DNA of 64,000 nucleotides from Trueperaceae bacterium (GCA_965215565.1 CBDCDZ010000004.1:2336001-2400000); one strand, 5' to 3'; positions 28,238-37,847 are shown, counted from the first letter of the stretch. Translations and numbers: made by a program. The notes: generated by a model not told the origin, from the sequence alone.

Positions 28238-28397
28238 TACACTGTCAACTAAGTTTTGCGTCATAATTGTCGCCCTGAGCTTGTCGAAGGGTCTCGTCTC
28301 GCAATCTCTGCTAGGGGAGAAAACGAATGCAGAGATTCTTTCGCTCCGCTTTGCTACGCTCAGAATGACATGACTTATTTTTTAGCTAACCCTGTGT
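28238..28397 (-). repeat. REP-like/MITE element, family 2 (uninterrupted copy)
   Basis: Contains GTCGCCCTGAGCTTGTCGAAGGG and AGATTCTTTCGCTCCGCTTTGCTACGCTCAGAATGACA; begins TACACTGTC..CTAA like 15545. Confidence 0.75.
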
Positions 28398-28446
28398 TCA
28401 ACCTGCTTTCATTTAGCTATACAACAGCGAGTAAATTGAACATGTT

Positions 28447-29670
28447 CTACTGCGCCCGCTGGACTAGCGCGTCAACCTCGCTCTGCGCCTGCTCTAGGGC
28501 GGGCGTGACGTCGGCTTGACCCGTGGCGACGGCGTTGATCGCGGTGTTGATGGGCGTCACGAAGTCGGTGCCGACCGCGCCGAACTGATAGCTCTGGACG
28601 TTGCCGCGCGTCGCGCCCTCGTAGATAATCTTGTTAGCTTGAGCTTCGGGCGTGTCCTCTTGAAAGTAGGGGTTGTCCTCTAAGCTTTCACGGCTGGGGA
28701 TGGCGAGGCCGTTCTCCAAGACCCACTGCTGCGCCTCCTCGCTGGTTAGCGCCTCTAGCACGGTCAAGGCCGCCTCTTGGTTAGGCGAGTTGGCGTTGAC
28801 GCCATACGCTACCGTATAGGTGTAGTTGCCGGTCTCACCGGAGGGCGCGACGGGCAAAAAGGTGGTGCCGTACTGCAGGTTCGGAGCCGTGTCGCGCAGG
28901 TAGCCCAAAATCCAGGCCCCTTCGATCGCCACCCCGGTGTTGCCCGTGCCGAAGCAGCCCCCCGCCCAATCCTGACCTAAATCGGTAGAGAGCACGGCCG
29001 CGCCTCCTTGCACCAGTCCGGTGTAGTAGTCGAAGGCGTCTACAAAAGCTTCGTCTTGCAGGCTCGTGGAGCCGTCCTCCGAGAACGTCTGCCAGCCGTC
29101 GGCGAAGGCGAAGGGTCCCATGCGGGCGAGGTCGGCGACGACGCACGCGCCCTCGACGTCATTGCCGAGTTCGCTGACGCCGCTCAGCTTCTCAGCAAAA
29201 GACTCCCAAGTGTCGTTTTCATTCGGATAGTCAACGCCCGCCTCGTCGAACAAGTCTTCGTTGTAAAAAACCGCCAAGGTGTTGAAATCTTTGGGGATGC
29301 CGTAGACCTGACCGTCCAAGGTGAAGGGTTCCATGAGCGTGTCTATAAACGGCTCCGTGTCTATAACGTCGTTGAGTGGAAGGACCGTGCCCGTCGCTAA
29401 GATGCCGGGCGCAGTCTCGGCGGGGATGTAGAAGATGTCGCCCGCCGTGCCCGCAGAGAGGGCGTTGAAGAGCCCGGCGTTGTAGTCACCCTCGACGGGC
29501 TCGTACTGAACGGTGATGCCCTCAGCCTGCAAATCTTCACCAATCACCTCGTTGATGAGGCGGTTGACGATAGCCGGGTCTTGCCCGCCGTAACCGGTGA
29601 TGCGGACGGTTGTTTGACACAAGGCAGTTGAAGCTAAAAGTCCCAAAAGTAGCATTACAGCAAGTTTCAC
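28447..29670 (-). CDS. Sugar ABC transporter substrate-binding protein
   Basis: Signal peptide, DGQVYGIPKDFNTLAVFYNEDLFDEAGV, AIEGAW. Confidence 0.92.
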   Translation of the reverse strand: MKLAVMLLLGLLASTALCQTTVRITGYGGQDPAIVNRLINEVIGEDLQAEGITVQYEPVEGDYNAGLFNALSAGTAGDIFYIPAETAPGILATGTVLPLNDVIDTEPFIDTLMEPFTLDGQVYGIPKDFNTLAVFYNEDLFDEAGVDYPNENDTWESFAEKLSGVSELGNDVEGACVVADLARMGPFAFADGWQTFSEDGSTSLQDEAFVDAFDYYTGLVQGGAAVLSTDLGQDWAGGCFGTGNTGVAIEGAWILGYLRDTAPNLQYGTTFLPVAPSGETGNYTYTVAYGVNANSPNQEAALTVLEALTSEEAQQWVLENGLAIPSRESLEDNPYFQEDTPEAQANKIIYEGATRGNVQSYQFGAVGTDFVTPINTAINAVATGQADVTPALEQAQSEVDALVQRAQ

Positions 29671-29746
29671 AGTGTTCCTCCAGAGTGGGTAGAGTGCGAA
29701 GTTTAGGCGGACGGGTGGACATTACAGTTGGAGCAAATTCACCTCC

Positions 29747-30733
29747 TCACCTCTTCCTCGAGGTCGTACTGCGCACCACGAGTTGCACGGGCAGAGTTTC
29801 ACTGCGAACCGGCTCACCGCGCAAGCCTTCTTGAAGGAGCGTCACCGCGGCGGCGGCGATCTGCCGAATGTCTTGGCGCACCGTCGTGAGCTTGTCCGCC
29901 ACACCAGGCAGGTCGTCGAAGCCGACGACGGACACGTCCACAGGCACGCGCAAGCCCACGTCCTCTAACGCCGCAATGACCCCCAGCGCCATCTCATCCG
30001 ACGCGGTGAACACCGCGCTAAAGCGCAGACCTCTTTCAAATGCCTTGCGAAGCGCCCGGTACGCGCCCAAAGAGGTGAATTCGCCGTCTAAAAGGTGGTC
30101 TTTAGAGAACTCGAGCCCCGCCTCCCCCAGCACCTCCTTGAAACCCTCATAACGGTCAAAGGACGCCTGCGAGTTCATAAACCCGCTCACGTGGACGATG
30201 TCTGTGTGACCCAACTTGAGCAGATGTCTCGCCGCCTGCCTGCCTCCGTCAAGGTCATCGGGCGCAACCGAGCGCACCTCTTCACCGTGACCGATGAGAA
30301 CGAAAGGCACCTCTTCTCGCTGCAGGTGCGTGACGCGCGGGTCATCTTCGTACGCGCCTAAAAGCACCACGCCGTCGGTGAGATATTCGGGCAGCCCGTC
30401 CGCCCTTGAAGGAATTTCAAACAGCCGAAAGCCGTCGTTCTGCAGTTCCTCGACGAGATGCTCTAAAAAGAGCATGAAGTAAGGGATTAAAACCATGCGC
30501 CGCTCGCCCGTCGCCACATGAAGCCCGATGCGCTTTCCCTGGTTCGCGGAGAGTTCGCGGGCAGCAGCGTCTGGTTTGTAGCCGAGTTCTTCAATCGTGG
30601 CTAGCACTTGCGCTTTGGTCTGCGCCTTCACGCCGGAGCGCCCATTCAGTACGCGGCTCACCGTACCCGTCGAGACGCCCGCCGCTTTCGCAACGTCGGC
30701 GATGGTTGCTTTATTGGGTTTAGATAGCGCCAT
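29747..30733 (-). CDS. LacI family transcriptional regulator
   Basis: TIADVAKAAGVSTGTVSRVLNG; VPVDVSVVGFDD. Confidence 0.95.
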   Translation of the reverse strand: MALSKPNKATIADVAKAAGVSTGTVSRVLNGRSGVKAQTKAQVLATIEELGYKPDAAARELSANQGKRIGLHVATGERRMVLIPYFMLFLEHLVEELQNDGFRLFEIPSRADGLPEYLTDGVVLLGAYEDDPRVTHLQREEVPFVLIGHGEEVRSVAPDDLDGGRQAARHLLKLGHTDIVHVSGFMNSQASFDRYEGFKEVLGEAGLEFSKDHLLDGEFTSLGAYRALRKAFERGLRFSAVFTASDEMALGVIAALEDVGLRVPVDVSVVGFDDLPGVADKLTTVRQDIRQIAAAAVTLLQEGLRGEPVRSETLPVQLVVRSTTSRKR

Positions 30734-30783
30734 GTGGACCTCGAGCCCATCCTTAGTTGAGAAGTGAAGTTACCACTTCTATA

Positions 30784-30801
30784 TTTTTGTAATCGGTTAC
30801 A
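30784..30801. promoter_or_regulatory. Putative LacI operator 1
   Basis: TGTAATCGGTTACA, LacI-type near-palindrome upstream of the lacI-family gene. Confidence 0.75.
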
Positions 30802-30947
30802 GTTTTACTTTAGCGGAGTCTATGCCTTTGCAGTTTAATTTGTCAAGAGGTCGAACCGATTTGCGCGGTCTTCTGTCGAATTAACAACGCTATTCGCTCT
30901 AAATTCAGATGGGCAGAAGCTGGCGTCGAACTGGAAAAATACGTTTT

Positions 30948-30965
30948 CGTAACCGATTACAAAAA
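30948..30965. promoter_or_regulatory. Putative LacI operator 2
   Basis: GTAACCGATTACAAAAA, exact 17-bp inverted copy of 30784-30800. Confidence 0.7.
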
Positions 30966-30975
30966 CGCTGTTAAG

Positions 30976-31020
30976 CAAAAGAACTCGAGCCACAACATAA
31001 TCGAGGAGTGGCTCGAGTTC
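30976..31020 (-). terminator. Rho-independent terminator of copZ-csoR
   Basis: 13-bp perfect stem GAACTCGAGCCAC/GTGGCTCGAGTTC followed by TTTT on the minus strand. Confidence 0.7.
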
Positions 31021-31067
31021 TCTAAGTTAAGGGCGGATAAACGAGTTGCGTAATCTTTAGAGGAGCG

Positions 31068-31385
31068 CTACACCCGCGCCTGATACTTCAGGGCTTCCAT
31101 CAACTCTTCGACAATCGCCTCTGCGTCGCCCCGCTCCGCCGCCGTGACGACGTGGTCGCGGATGTGCGAGCGCAGGACCTGGTCGTTGACCTTGCTGAGC
31201 GCCCCTTGCACCGCTTTGACCTGCTTCAAGACGTCTACACAGTACACGTCGGGGTCTTCGAGCATTCGCAAAACCCCCTCCAAATGCCCCTTCGCGCTCT
31301 TCAAACGGCGTGTCGCGTCTTGGCGCGTGGCTGGGTCGAGGTGCAGACAGCCCTCTTGGTGCGATTCTTTTGCCGGGGCAGCCAT
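31068..31385 (-). CDS. csoR: Copper-sensing repressor, CsoR family
   Basis: RRLKSAKGHLEGV..M...YCVDVLKQ...HIRDHV (C-H-H variant as in Thermus CsoR). Confidence 0.9.
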   Translation of the reverse strand: MAAPAKESHQEGCLHLDPATRQDATRRLKSAKGHLEGVLRMLEDPDVYCVDVLKQVKAVQGALSKVNDQVLRSHIRDHVVTAAERGDAEAIVEELMEALKYQARV

Positions 31386-31388
31386 CTC

Positions 31389-31613
31389 CTAGAGGGCGCG
31401 TTGCGTGTCGAGCGTGGCGTTGTAGCCTTCTTCTTCCACCATGCGGATGAGGAGTTGCACGTCGGGTGAGCCTTCGACCATCGCGGTGCCATTTTCGAGG
31501 TTTACGGTAGCACTTTCCGTGCCGGGGACGCCCTCGAGCGCCTCTTTGACCGCCTTCTGGCAGTGCTCGCAGGTCATTCCCTCGACGTTGAGTTTGATTT
31601 TTCTTTCTGGCAT
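31389..31613 (-). CDS. copZ: Copper chaperone CopZ (HMA domain)
   Basis: VEGMTCEHC...EEEGY; ATG 31613 after AGGAG. Confidence 0.92.
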   Translation of the reverse strand: MPERKIKLNVEGMTCEHCQKAVKEALEGVPGTESATVNLENGTAMVEGSPDVQLLIRMVEEEGYNATLDTQRAL

Positions 31614-31627
31614 TGTATACTCCTGAC

Positions 31628-31644
31628 ATACCCCTGGGGGGGTG
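31628..31644. promoter_or_regulatory. Putative CsoR operator
   Basis: ATACCCCTGGGGGGGTG C/G-tract pseudo-palindrome directly upstream of copZ. Confidence 0.7.
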
Positions 31645-31862
31645 GGTTGGTGTTTAAGCATCATGAGCTATGACGAGTATAGCAAGCGTTTTGGAGACCG
31701 TGGGTTTGCCTCGCAGCAAAACGTGGCTTTATGGGTAGCACTGCAACCAACCCTTATAGCGCTAGGGAGAGGGGAGGTTGCTTTTAGTAGCTCAGCCATT
31801 ATCAGCCATTGTCAGCAATTGAGAACTCAACAGCCGATTTTTAGCTTACTTTAGGGGGAACC

Positions 31863-32267
31863 ATGCAAGACGTTCAAACGATGCTTCAAACGCACCCAAC
31901 ACCGATAAACCTGGACGCGCAGACCTTGGCGGAATGCGTCAAAGCGTGTTTCGACTGCGCCTCAACCTGCACCTCGTGCGCCGACGCCTGTCTCGCGGAG
32001 GAGATGGTGGCGGATTTGCGCTACTGCATCCGGCAAGATTTGGACTGCGCCGACATCTGTAACGCGACGGGGCGCGTGCTCTCGAGGCAAACCGAGCCCG
32101 ACATGAAAATACTGCGCGCTCAAGTAGAGGCGTGTGCGGCTGCGTGCAAATCGTGCGGCGACGAGTGCGAAAAGCACGCCGAGATGCACGAGCACTGCCG
32201 CCTTTGCGCCGAGGCGTGCCGCCGCTGTGAGGAGAGCTGCCAACAGGTATTGCAGGCGCTGAACTGA
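31863..32267 (+). CDS. Four-helix-bundle copper-binding protein (DUF326, Csp3-like)
   Basis: Cys-rich CxxxCxxCxxxC repeats, HEHCRLCAEACRRC; no signal peptide. Confidence 0.92.
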   Translation: MQDVQTMLQTHPTPINLDAQTLAECVKACFDCASTCTSCADACLAEEMVADLRYCIRQDLDCADICNATGRVLSRQTEPDMKILRAQVEACAAACKSCGDECEKHAEMHEHCRLCAEACRRCEESCQQVLQALN

Positions 32268-32286
32268 GTATTAAACGACGACGGAG

Positions 32287-32325
32287 AGGGGGCGACGCTC
32301 GAGTCTAAAGCGCCGCCCTTTCTTT
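32287..32325 (+). terminator. Possible terminator between convergent genes
   Basis: GC-rich imperfect stem followed by TTTCTTT. Confidence 0.45.
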
Positions 32326-32339
32326 AGCTATCGGCGCAT

Positions 32340-32969
32340 CTAACTTTGCTGAGCTTGACCTTTATTTCCCCTGCTCAGCCAGCGACGCGCCGGGGGGAGC
32401 AAGAGGTAAACGAGCAGCAGGGCGTCGAGCGTAAGCTCAAAAATCGTGAACGGTATACCGTAGTGCTCGGGGTCCCAGTAGCTCACCGGGCTCTGGAAGC
32501 GCAGGCCCCAGTTGAAGGGAAAGAGGACAAGGGGTCCGTCCATTGCGTGCGTGAAGATGTCGATGGTGGTGTGGACCAAACACGCGGCGAAGAACCAGAA
32601 GAGCCAGTGGCGCAGGGAATGGGCTCGAGCCTCCGTCTGGGCGAAGTCCGGGTCTCGCCGCACCCTCCCTCTTGAACGCCAGGTGAGACCGAGCCCGGCC
32701 AACACGACGAGCGGCGCGTGCAGGAAGTTGTGCAACCCCTTCCACCACAAACTGTTGAAGAAAAGCTCATCGAACATCAGCTCAGCCGCCGCCCGCGTCT
32801 CCATCCCCACAATCTGCGTGTAGTAGAGCCCGCCCCCCACCGAGAGCAGATAAAGTGAAATATCCGGCGCAACCGAGCCCCAGAGCACTGCCGAAAGAGG
32901 GACGCCCCAGCGCTCGCCGTATCCTTTGCGGAGCGCCGCGCCGATAAGTGCGTGTGAAGGGGTATTCAA
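32340..32969 (-). CDS. Membrane-bound metal-dependent hydrolase (YdjM-like)
   Basis: MNTPSH, GSVAPD, HNFLH, HTTIDIFTH, LFPF. Confidence 0.8.
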   Translation of the reverse strand: MNTPSHALIGAALRKGYGERWGVPLSAVLWGSVAPDISLYLLSVGGGLYYTQIVGMETRAAAELMFDELFFNSLWWKGLHNFLHAPLVVLAGLGLTWRSRGRVRRDPDFAQTEARAHSLRHWLFWFFAACLVHTTIDIFTHAMDGPLVLFPFNWGLRFQSPVSYWDPEHYGIPFTIFELTLDALLLVYLLLPPARRWLSRGNKGQAQQS

Positions 32970-33014
32970 GATGCTGTATTCTACACGGTTTGTGAGAAGG
33001 GGTTGGTGGATGAA

Positions 33015-33072
33015 GCCGTTAGCTATTAGCTGTTAGCGAAAACCAAAAGCTAACGACTAAACGCTAACAGCC
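33015..33072. repeat. Heptamer-built inverted repeat
   Basis: cgttagc tattagc tgttagc ... gctaacg actaaac gctaaca. Confidence 0.75.
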
Positions 33073-33166
33073 CCGACGAGGCGACGCTCTAGCGCGAACT
33101 TCAAAGTACAACCCGTCTAACCCACCTCTCCAAACCCGTTATAGTGACGCCAGAGAGGTGAAAATT

Positions 33167-34159
33167 ATGGCTGATACATTCACGGCCTACCGGGTCGAAA
33201 AAGAGGGTGACAAGACGACGCGCTCGCTGCAAGAGCTTAACGTGAGCAATCTGCCTGAAGGAGACGTGACGGTCAAAGTTGCGTACTCGTCGCTCAACTA
33301 TAAGGACGCGCTCTCCGCTACGGGCAACCCCGGCGTGACGAAGAACTATCCGCATACGCCGGGAATCGACGCGGCGGGTACGGTTGTGTCCTCGAGCGTC
33401 GCCGACTTCAGCGAGGGCGACGAGGTCATCGTCACCAGTTACGACCTCGGTATGGAGACCGACGGCGGCTTCGGCGAAATGATCCGCGTGCCCGCTGATT
33501 GGGTCATCCCGCTGCCGCAAGGTCTGGACTTGCGCGCGTCAATGGTCCTGGGAACCGCCGGGCTCACCGCTGCGCTTTGTTTGGACGCGCTTCTAAGACA
33601 GGGTTTGACGAAAGAGGATGGACCCGTCGTGGTGACAGGCGCGACGGGTGGCGTCGGCAGCGCCGCGGTAACGCTTCTCAGCAAGCTCGGTTTCGAGACG
33701 GTGGCGAGCACGGGCTCGGAGGAGGCGCATGACCTCTTAAAATCATTAGGTGCGTCCGAAGTCATCGACCGTCATGAACTGTCTGAAGAGCAAAAGCGCC
33801 CGATGCTCAAAAGTCGCTGGGGCGGCGCAATCGACACCGTGGGCGGCTCCACCCTGACAAACGTGGTGAAGTCGCTCAAGTGGGGTGCGTCGGTGGCGGC
33901 GTGCGGGCTCGTGGCGGGGCCGAAACTGGGGCTCACAGTCTTTCCTTTTATCTTGCGCGGCGTCAACCTCTTAGGTGTAGACTCGGCGCAGTGTCCTATG
34001 GCGAAGCGCAAAGAGGTGTGGGGTAAACTCGCGGGCGAGTGGAACGTGGACCTGGACAAGATCACAAACGAAATCACGCTAGATGGACTCGACGACGCGG
34101 TGAACGCGATTTTGCAGGGGCAAACGCAAGGGCAAACGCTGGTTAGGCTAAAGGGTTAG
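33167..34159 (+). CDS. YhdH/AcuI family zinc-independent oxidoreductase
   Basis: YSSLNYKDAL, PGIDAAG, VTGATGGVGS, PFILRGVNLLGVDS. Confidence 0.92.
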   Translation: MADTFTAYRVEKEGDKTTRSLQELNVSNLPEGDVTVKVAYSSLNYKDALSATGNPGVTKNYPHTPGIDAAGTVVSSSVADFSEGDEVIVTSYDLGMETDGGFGEMIRVPADWVIPLPQGLDLRASMVLGTAGLTAALCLDALLRQGLTKEDGPVVVTGATGGVGSAAVTLLSKLGFETVASTGSEEAHDLLKSLGASEVIDRHELSEEQKRPMLKSRWGGAIDTVGGSTLTNVVKSLKWGASVAACGLVAGPKLGLTVFPFILRGVNLLGVDSAQCPMAKRKEVWGKLAGEWNVDLDKITNEITLDGLDDAVNAILQGQTQGQTLVRLKG

Positions 34160-34245
34160 GTTAGAGGCGTAAAGAGGTGGCACTTAGCCGCACAATCTTG
34201 CTAGCTTACTAGGCGCGACTTCGTTCTCTACGCACCCTTCTTACT

Positions 34246-34722
34246 ATGGTTGTATTTTCCAAAGTCTTTCTCGCACTCCTTTTGACCTTCTCTACTCACG
34301 GAGTCTCTATGTCTGAGCAAAACCAAACCGAGCAGGAACGTTCACCTAAAGACTTGGGCGTTGTGAACGGTCAATTCGCCCCCTGCCCGAACAGCCCGAA
34401 CTGCGTCTCGACCCAAGCGCCGCAGGACGACCCTACGCACTACATCGCGCCCGTTCCCTTTGAAGACGTGCCGAGCAACACGGTGAACCGCATCGTGCAA
34501 GAGGTCACGAGGATGCCGCGCACGCGCATCGTTAAGCGAGACGGCAACTACTTACGCGCCGAGTTTCGCAGCCGCATCTTCGGCTTTGTGGACGACGTGG
34601 AATTCTACTTAGACGCCGAAAACAGCCTCATCCACTTCCGCTCGGCGGCGCGACGGGGCTACGGCGACTTCGGCGTCAACCGCGAGCGGATGGAGGCGCT
34701 TTCGGAACTACTCGGTTCCTAG
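34246..34722 (+). CDS. DUF1499 domain protein
   Basis: PCPNSPNCVS, FGFVDDVEF, RSAAR.GYGDFGVNRER; true start may be 34309. Confidence 0.88.
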   Translation: MVVFSKVFLALLLTFSTHGVSMSEQNQTEQERSPKDLGVVNGQFAPCPNSPNCVSTQAPQDDPTHYIAPVPFEDVPSNTVNRIVQEVTRMPRTRIVKRDGNYLRAEFRSRIFGFVDDVEFYLDAENSLIHFRSAARRGYGDFGVNRERMEALSELLGS

Positions 34723-35222
34723 TCGGCAAGCTCATCCGGCAGGAAGACGACGTCATCTCCTACGCGAATGGTGCCGCCTTGCAAGACCCTCGCTAAAATC
34801 CCCCCGTGACCTCGCATGACGTTGTAGCCGCCTTCGCCTAGCGTCTCTTCCATCCTCGAGCACGGGTGACAGAGCCCTGACCCCTCAAAAACAACTTCAC
34901 CAATTTTGAACCGCTTGTCCTTGAGCGCTAAGAGGTTGACGCCCGACACGACCAAATTACGCCGCGTATCCTCCGGTCTGACCTCATGACCCATCATCGC
35001 CGAGAGCGCCGGGAAGTGCTCCGCCTGAATGAGCGTGACTTGGCGCTTACTCTGCATGTTGACCTCTTTGCGTTTCGTCCGGTGGTCGCCCGCCAAGCCT
35101 AGACCCGCGATGACTTCGGTTTCTTCGACGCGCTTAACCTCACCTCTTCTTTCGGTGCGCAGGGCGATGTGCCTGAGCTTTCCAGTTTGAGGCAGCGTGT
35201 TCATCAGCTCGTGAATTGTCAC
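34719..35222 (-). CDS. MOSC domain protein
   Basis: GLAGDH, RQVTLIQAEH, RRNLVVSG, CHPCSRM, RGHGG. Confidence 0.92.
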   Translation of the reverse strand: MTIHELMNTLPQTGKLRHIALRTERRGEVKRVEETEVIAGLGLAGDHRTKRKEVNMQSKRQVTLIQAEHFPALSAMMGHEVRPEDTRRNLVVSGVNLLALKDKRFKIGEVVFEGSGLCHPCSRMEETLGEGGYNVMRGHGGILARVLQGGTIRVGDDVVFLPDELAD

Positions 35223-35338
35223 GCCTTATTTTAGCCTGACCTTCGGGGTCTGATAAGCGCGTTGTTGTGGGGGTGAGGGCTGAGCTTGAAACACAAAACG
35301 GTAGGGTGACGCTCCAACAAGGTCTCAACGAAGACGGT

Positions 35339-35815
35339 TCAGTTTTCCGTATGCCACTGGTAGTCAAAGCCGTTCCACTTCACCGAGATATTTCTCTGCG
35401 CTCGCACACCTCCTGACTCATACACAATACGGGCACGGTAAGCTCGGTTCAAACAGCTACTTCGGTACACTCGGCAGGGACGGAGCGCCGTCTTCCAATA
35501 GTCAGGCTTCACCGTCACACTAATAACGTTGGTATCGACTTCAGGAAAGAGATCAAGGTATCGCACCTCTAGAGGTTCACTCGTACCATCTATTTGAGCA
35601 TTGAGATGGGCTTCTAGGTAAGAAATAGCTGAGTTTTGTATCTCATTCGGCACACTTCCAAAGCTCAACACGAGACCGAGCCACAGCAAACCGACGAAGA
35701 GGCTAACGACAATGAGCGAGCAGAAGATGAGGTGCAGGATAAACCCGCTGCCATTACTAAAGTCATTTGGTGACCTCTTCGCTTGCATAGGGTAGTTTAG
35801 GGGCTCGAGGTTCAC
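35339..35815 (-). CDS. Hypothetical protein with one TM segment
   Basis: ORF fills the gap; lower GC; no recognised motif. Confidence 0.5.
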   Translation of the reverse strand: MNLEPLNYPMQAKRSPNDFSNGSGFILHLIFCSLIVVSLFVGLLWLGLVLSFGSVPNEIQNSAISYLEAHLNAQIDGTSEPLEVRYLDLFPEVDTNVISVTVKPDYWKTALRPCRVYRSSCLNRAYRARIVYESGGVRAQRNISVKWNGFDYQWHTEN

Positions 35816-35969
35816 GTACCGCTACCAAGACTCACAGCCAACTGGGATGAAACGCCAGAAGTCAAAAATATAGCAAATCCGTATAGCTCCGGCTACAAAA
35901 CCTTATACAACCTCTATCAAGAAACCTGCCTTACATCTTTTCTCGGTGTGCCTGATACGATTGCCATAT

Positions 35970-36533
35970 ATGAATAGGATGCACGGAACAACCATCGTCG
36001 CCGTTCACAAGGACGGCGTTTCAGCCATCGCGGGCGACGGTCAGGTGACGCTCGGCGATACGATTGTCAAGCGCGGTGCGACCAAAGTACGCAGCCTGAT
36101 GGACGGGCAAGTTATCGCGGGCTTCGCGGGCGCGGTCGCGGACGCCTTTACGCTCCTAGAAAAGTTCGAAGGCTACCTCTCGTCCGCGAAGGGCAACCTG
36201 CTCAAAGCCTCCGTTGAAACCGTTAAAGAGTGGCGTTCTGACAAGATGTTGCGCAACTTAGAGGCGATGCTCATCGTCGCGGATAGCGAGCAAATCCTGA
36301 CCCTTTCGGGCGTCGGTGACGTGATTGCACCTGACGAGTCGGTGATGGCGACGGGCTCGGGCGGCGCGTACGCGCAAGCCGCCGCGATCGCCCTGATGCG
36401 CCACAGCGACATGGGCGCGAAAGAGATTGCCGAAATCGCCCTCAAGATTGCCGCCGACATCGACATCTACACGAGCGGCACGGCGACGGTGCTCACGGTG
36501 AGTGACAGTGATGAAGAGGATGGTGACGCATGA
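35970..36533 (+). CDS. hslV: ATP-dependent protease peptidase subunit HslV
   Basis: HGTTIVAV...GDGQVTLG, GFAGAVADA, GSGG; start 35970 or 35979. Confidence 0.96.
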   Translation: MNRMHGTTIVAVHKDGVSAIAGDGQVTLGDTIVKRGATKVRSLMDGQVIAGFAGAVADAFTLLEKFEGYLSSAKGNLLKASVETVKEWRSDKMLRNLEAMLIVADSEQILTLSGVGDVIAPDESVMATGSGGAYAQAAAIALMRHSDMGAKEIAEIALKIAADIDIYTSGTATVLTVSDSDEEDGDA

Positions 36534-37840
36534 CCTTAGAACTGAGCAAGCCCGCGACGGGCATGAACTTGACGCCTTTAGAAATCGTCGCCGAATTGGA
36601 CAAGCACATCATCGGGCAGCACAAGGCGAAACGCTCAGTCGCCGTCGCGCTGCGCAATCACTACCGCAGAAGGCAACTCTCCGAAGCGATGCAAGCGGAG
36701 GTGACGCCCAAAAACATCCTGATGATAGGACCTACGGGCGTCGGCAAGACCGAAATCGCTCGCAGGCTCGCCAAACTCGCCAAAGCGCCTTTTCTCAAAG
36801 TCGAAGCGACGAAATTCACCGAAGTGGGTTACGTCGGGCGCGACGTCGAGTCGATGGTGCGGGACTTGGTGCAGGCGTCGTATGTGATGGTCGAAGAGGA
36901 GCAACTTTCAGGCGTACAAGAACGCGCCGCTAGAAATGCCGAAGAAAAGCTCTTGGATTACCTCTTACCCGGCGGTACGGAAGAGGGGCGCGAGAAGATG
37001 CGTGCGCTTTTAGAAGCGGGTAAGTTGGAAGAGCGCACCATCGAAATCGAAGTCAAGGACGAGCGCCCGAATCAGATGATGATTCCGGGCATGGAAGAGA
37101 TGGGCATGAACCTTCAAGATATGATGTCGAACTTCATGCCCAAAAAGCGCACGCGCCGCAAGACGAGTGTGAAAGACGCTCGAGAAGCCCTCAAAGCCGA
37201 AGAAGCTGAAAAACTCGTGGACTACGACGATGTCTCCAGAGAAGCCATCTGGCGAGCTGAGAACTCGGGCATCATCTTCATCGACGAACTCGATAAGGTG
37301 GCGGGCAACGAGCAGGGCGGCGGCTCGGACGTCTCAGGCGAAGGGGTGCAGCGCGACATGTTACCCATCGTCGAGGGGACGCAGGTCAAGACGCGCTACG
37401 GGCAGGTCAAAACGGACCACACGCTCTTCATCGCGGCGGGCGCGTTCAACGTCTCGAAGCCCAGTGACCTCATTCCCGAGTTGCAAGGACGCTTTCCCAT
37501 TCGGGTGGAGTTAGAAGAACTCTCTGCCAACGACTTCCAACTCATCCTGACGCAGCCGCAGCACTCCCTCACAAAGCAGTACATCGAACTCCTCAAAGTG
37601 GACGGCACGCGCGTCCGCTTCGACGACTCGGGCATCGAAGCGATTGCCGAGTACAGCGCCCAAGTCAATCAAGAGGTCGAGGATATCGGAGCGCGGCGGC
37701 TGCACACGGTTTTGGAGACGGTCTTAGAAGACCTCTCGTTTGGCACAGAGCTAGGCGACGTCACCATCAACGGCGAGTATGTGACGAAGAAGCTCGAGTC
37801 CATCGTCGAAGATGAAGATTTGAGTCGCTACGTCTTGTAA
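36530..37840 (+). CDS. hslU: ATP-dependent protease ATPase subunit HslU
   Basis: GPTGVGKTEIARRLA, EATKFTEVGYVG, ELQGRFPIRVEL, EDLSRYVL. Confidence 0.97.
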   Translation: MTLELSKPATGMNLTPLEIVAELDKHIIGQHKAKRSVAVALRNHYRRRQLSEAMQAEVTPKNILMIGPTGVGKTEIARRLAKLAKAPFLKVEATKFTEVGYVGRDVESMVRDLVQASYVMVEEEQLSGVQERAARNAEEKLLDYLLPGGTEEGREKMRALLEAGKLEERTIEIEVKDERPNQMMIPGMEEMGMNLQDMMSNFMPKKRTRRKTSVKDAREALKAEEAEKLVDYDDVSREAIWRAENSGIIFIDELDKVAGNEQGGGSDVSGEGVQRDMLPIVEGTQVKTRYGQVKTDHTLFIAAGAFNVSKPSDLIPELQGRFPIRVELEELSANDFQLILTQPQHSLTKQYIELLKVDGTRVRFDDSGIEAIAEYSAQVNQEVEDIGARRLHTVLETVLEDLSFGTELGDVTINGEYVTKKLESIVEDEDLSRYVL

Positions 37841-37847
37841 AATAAAG

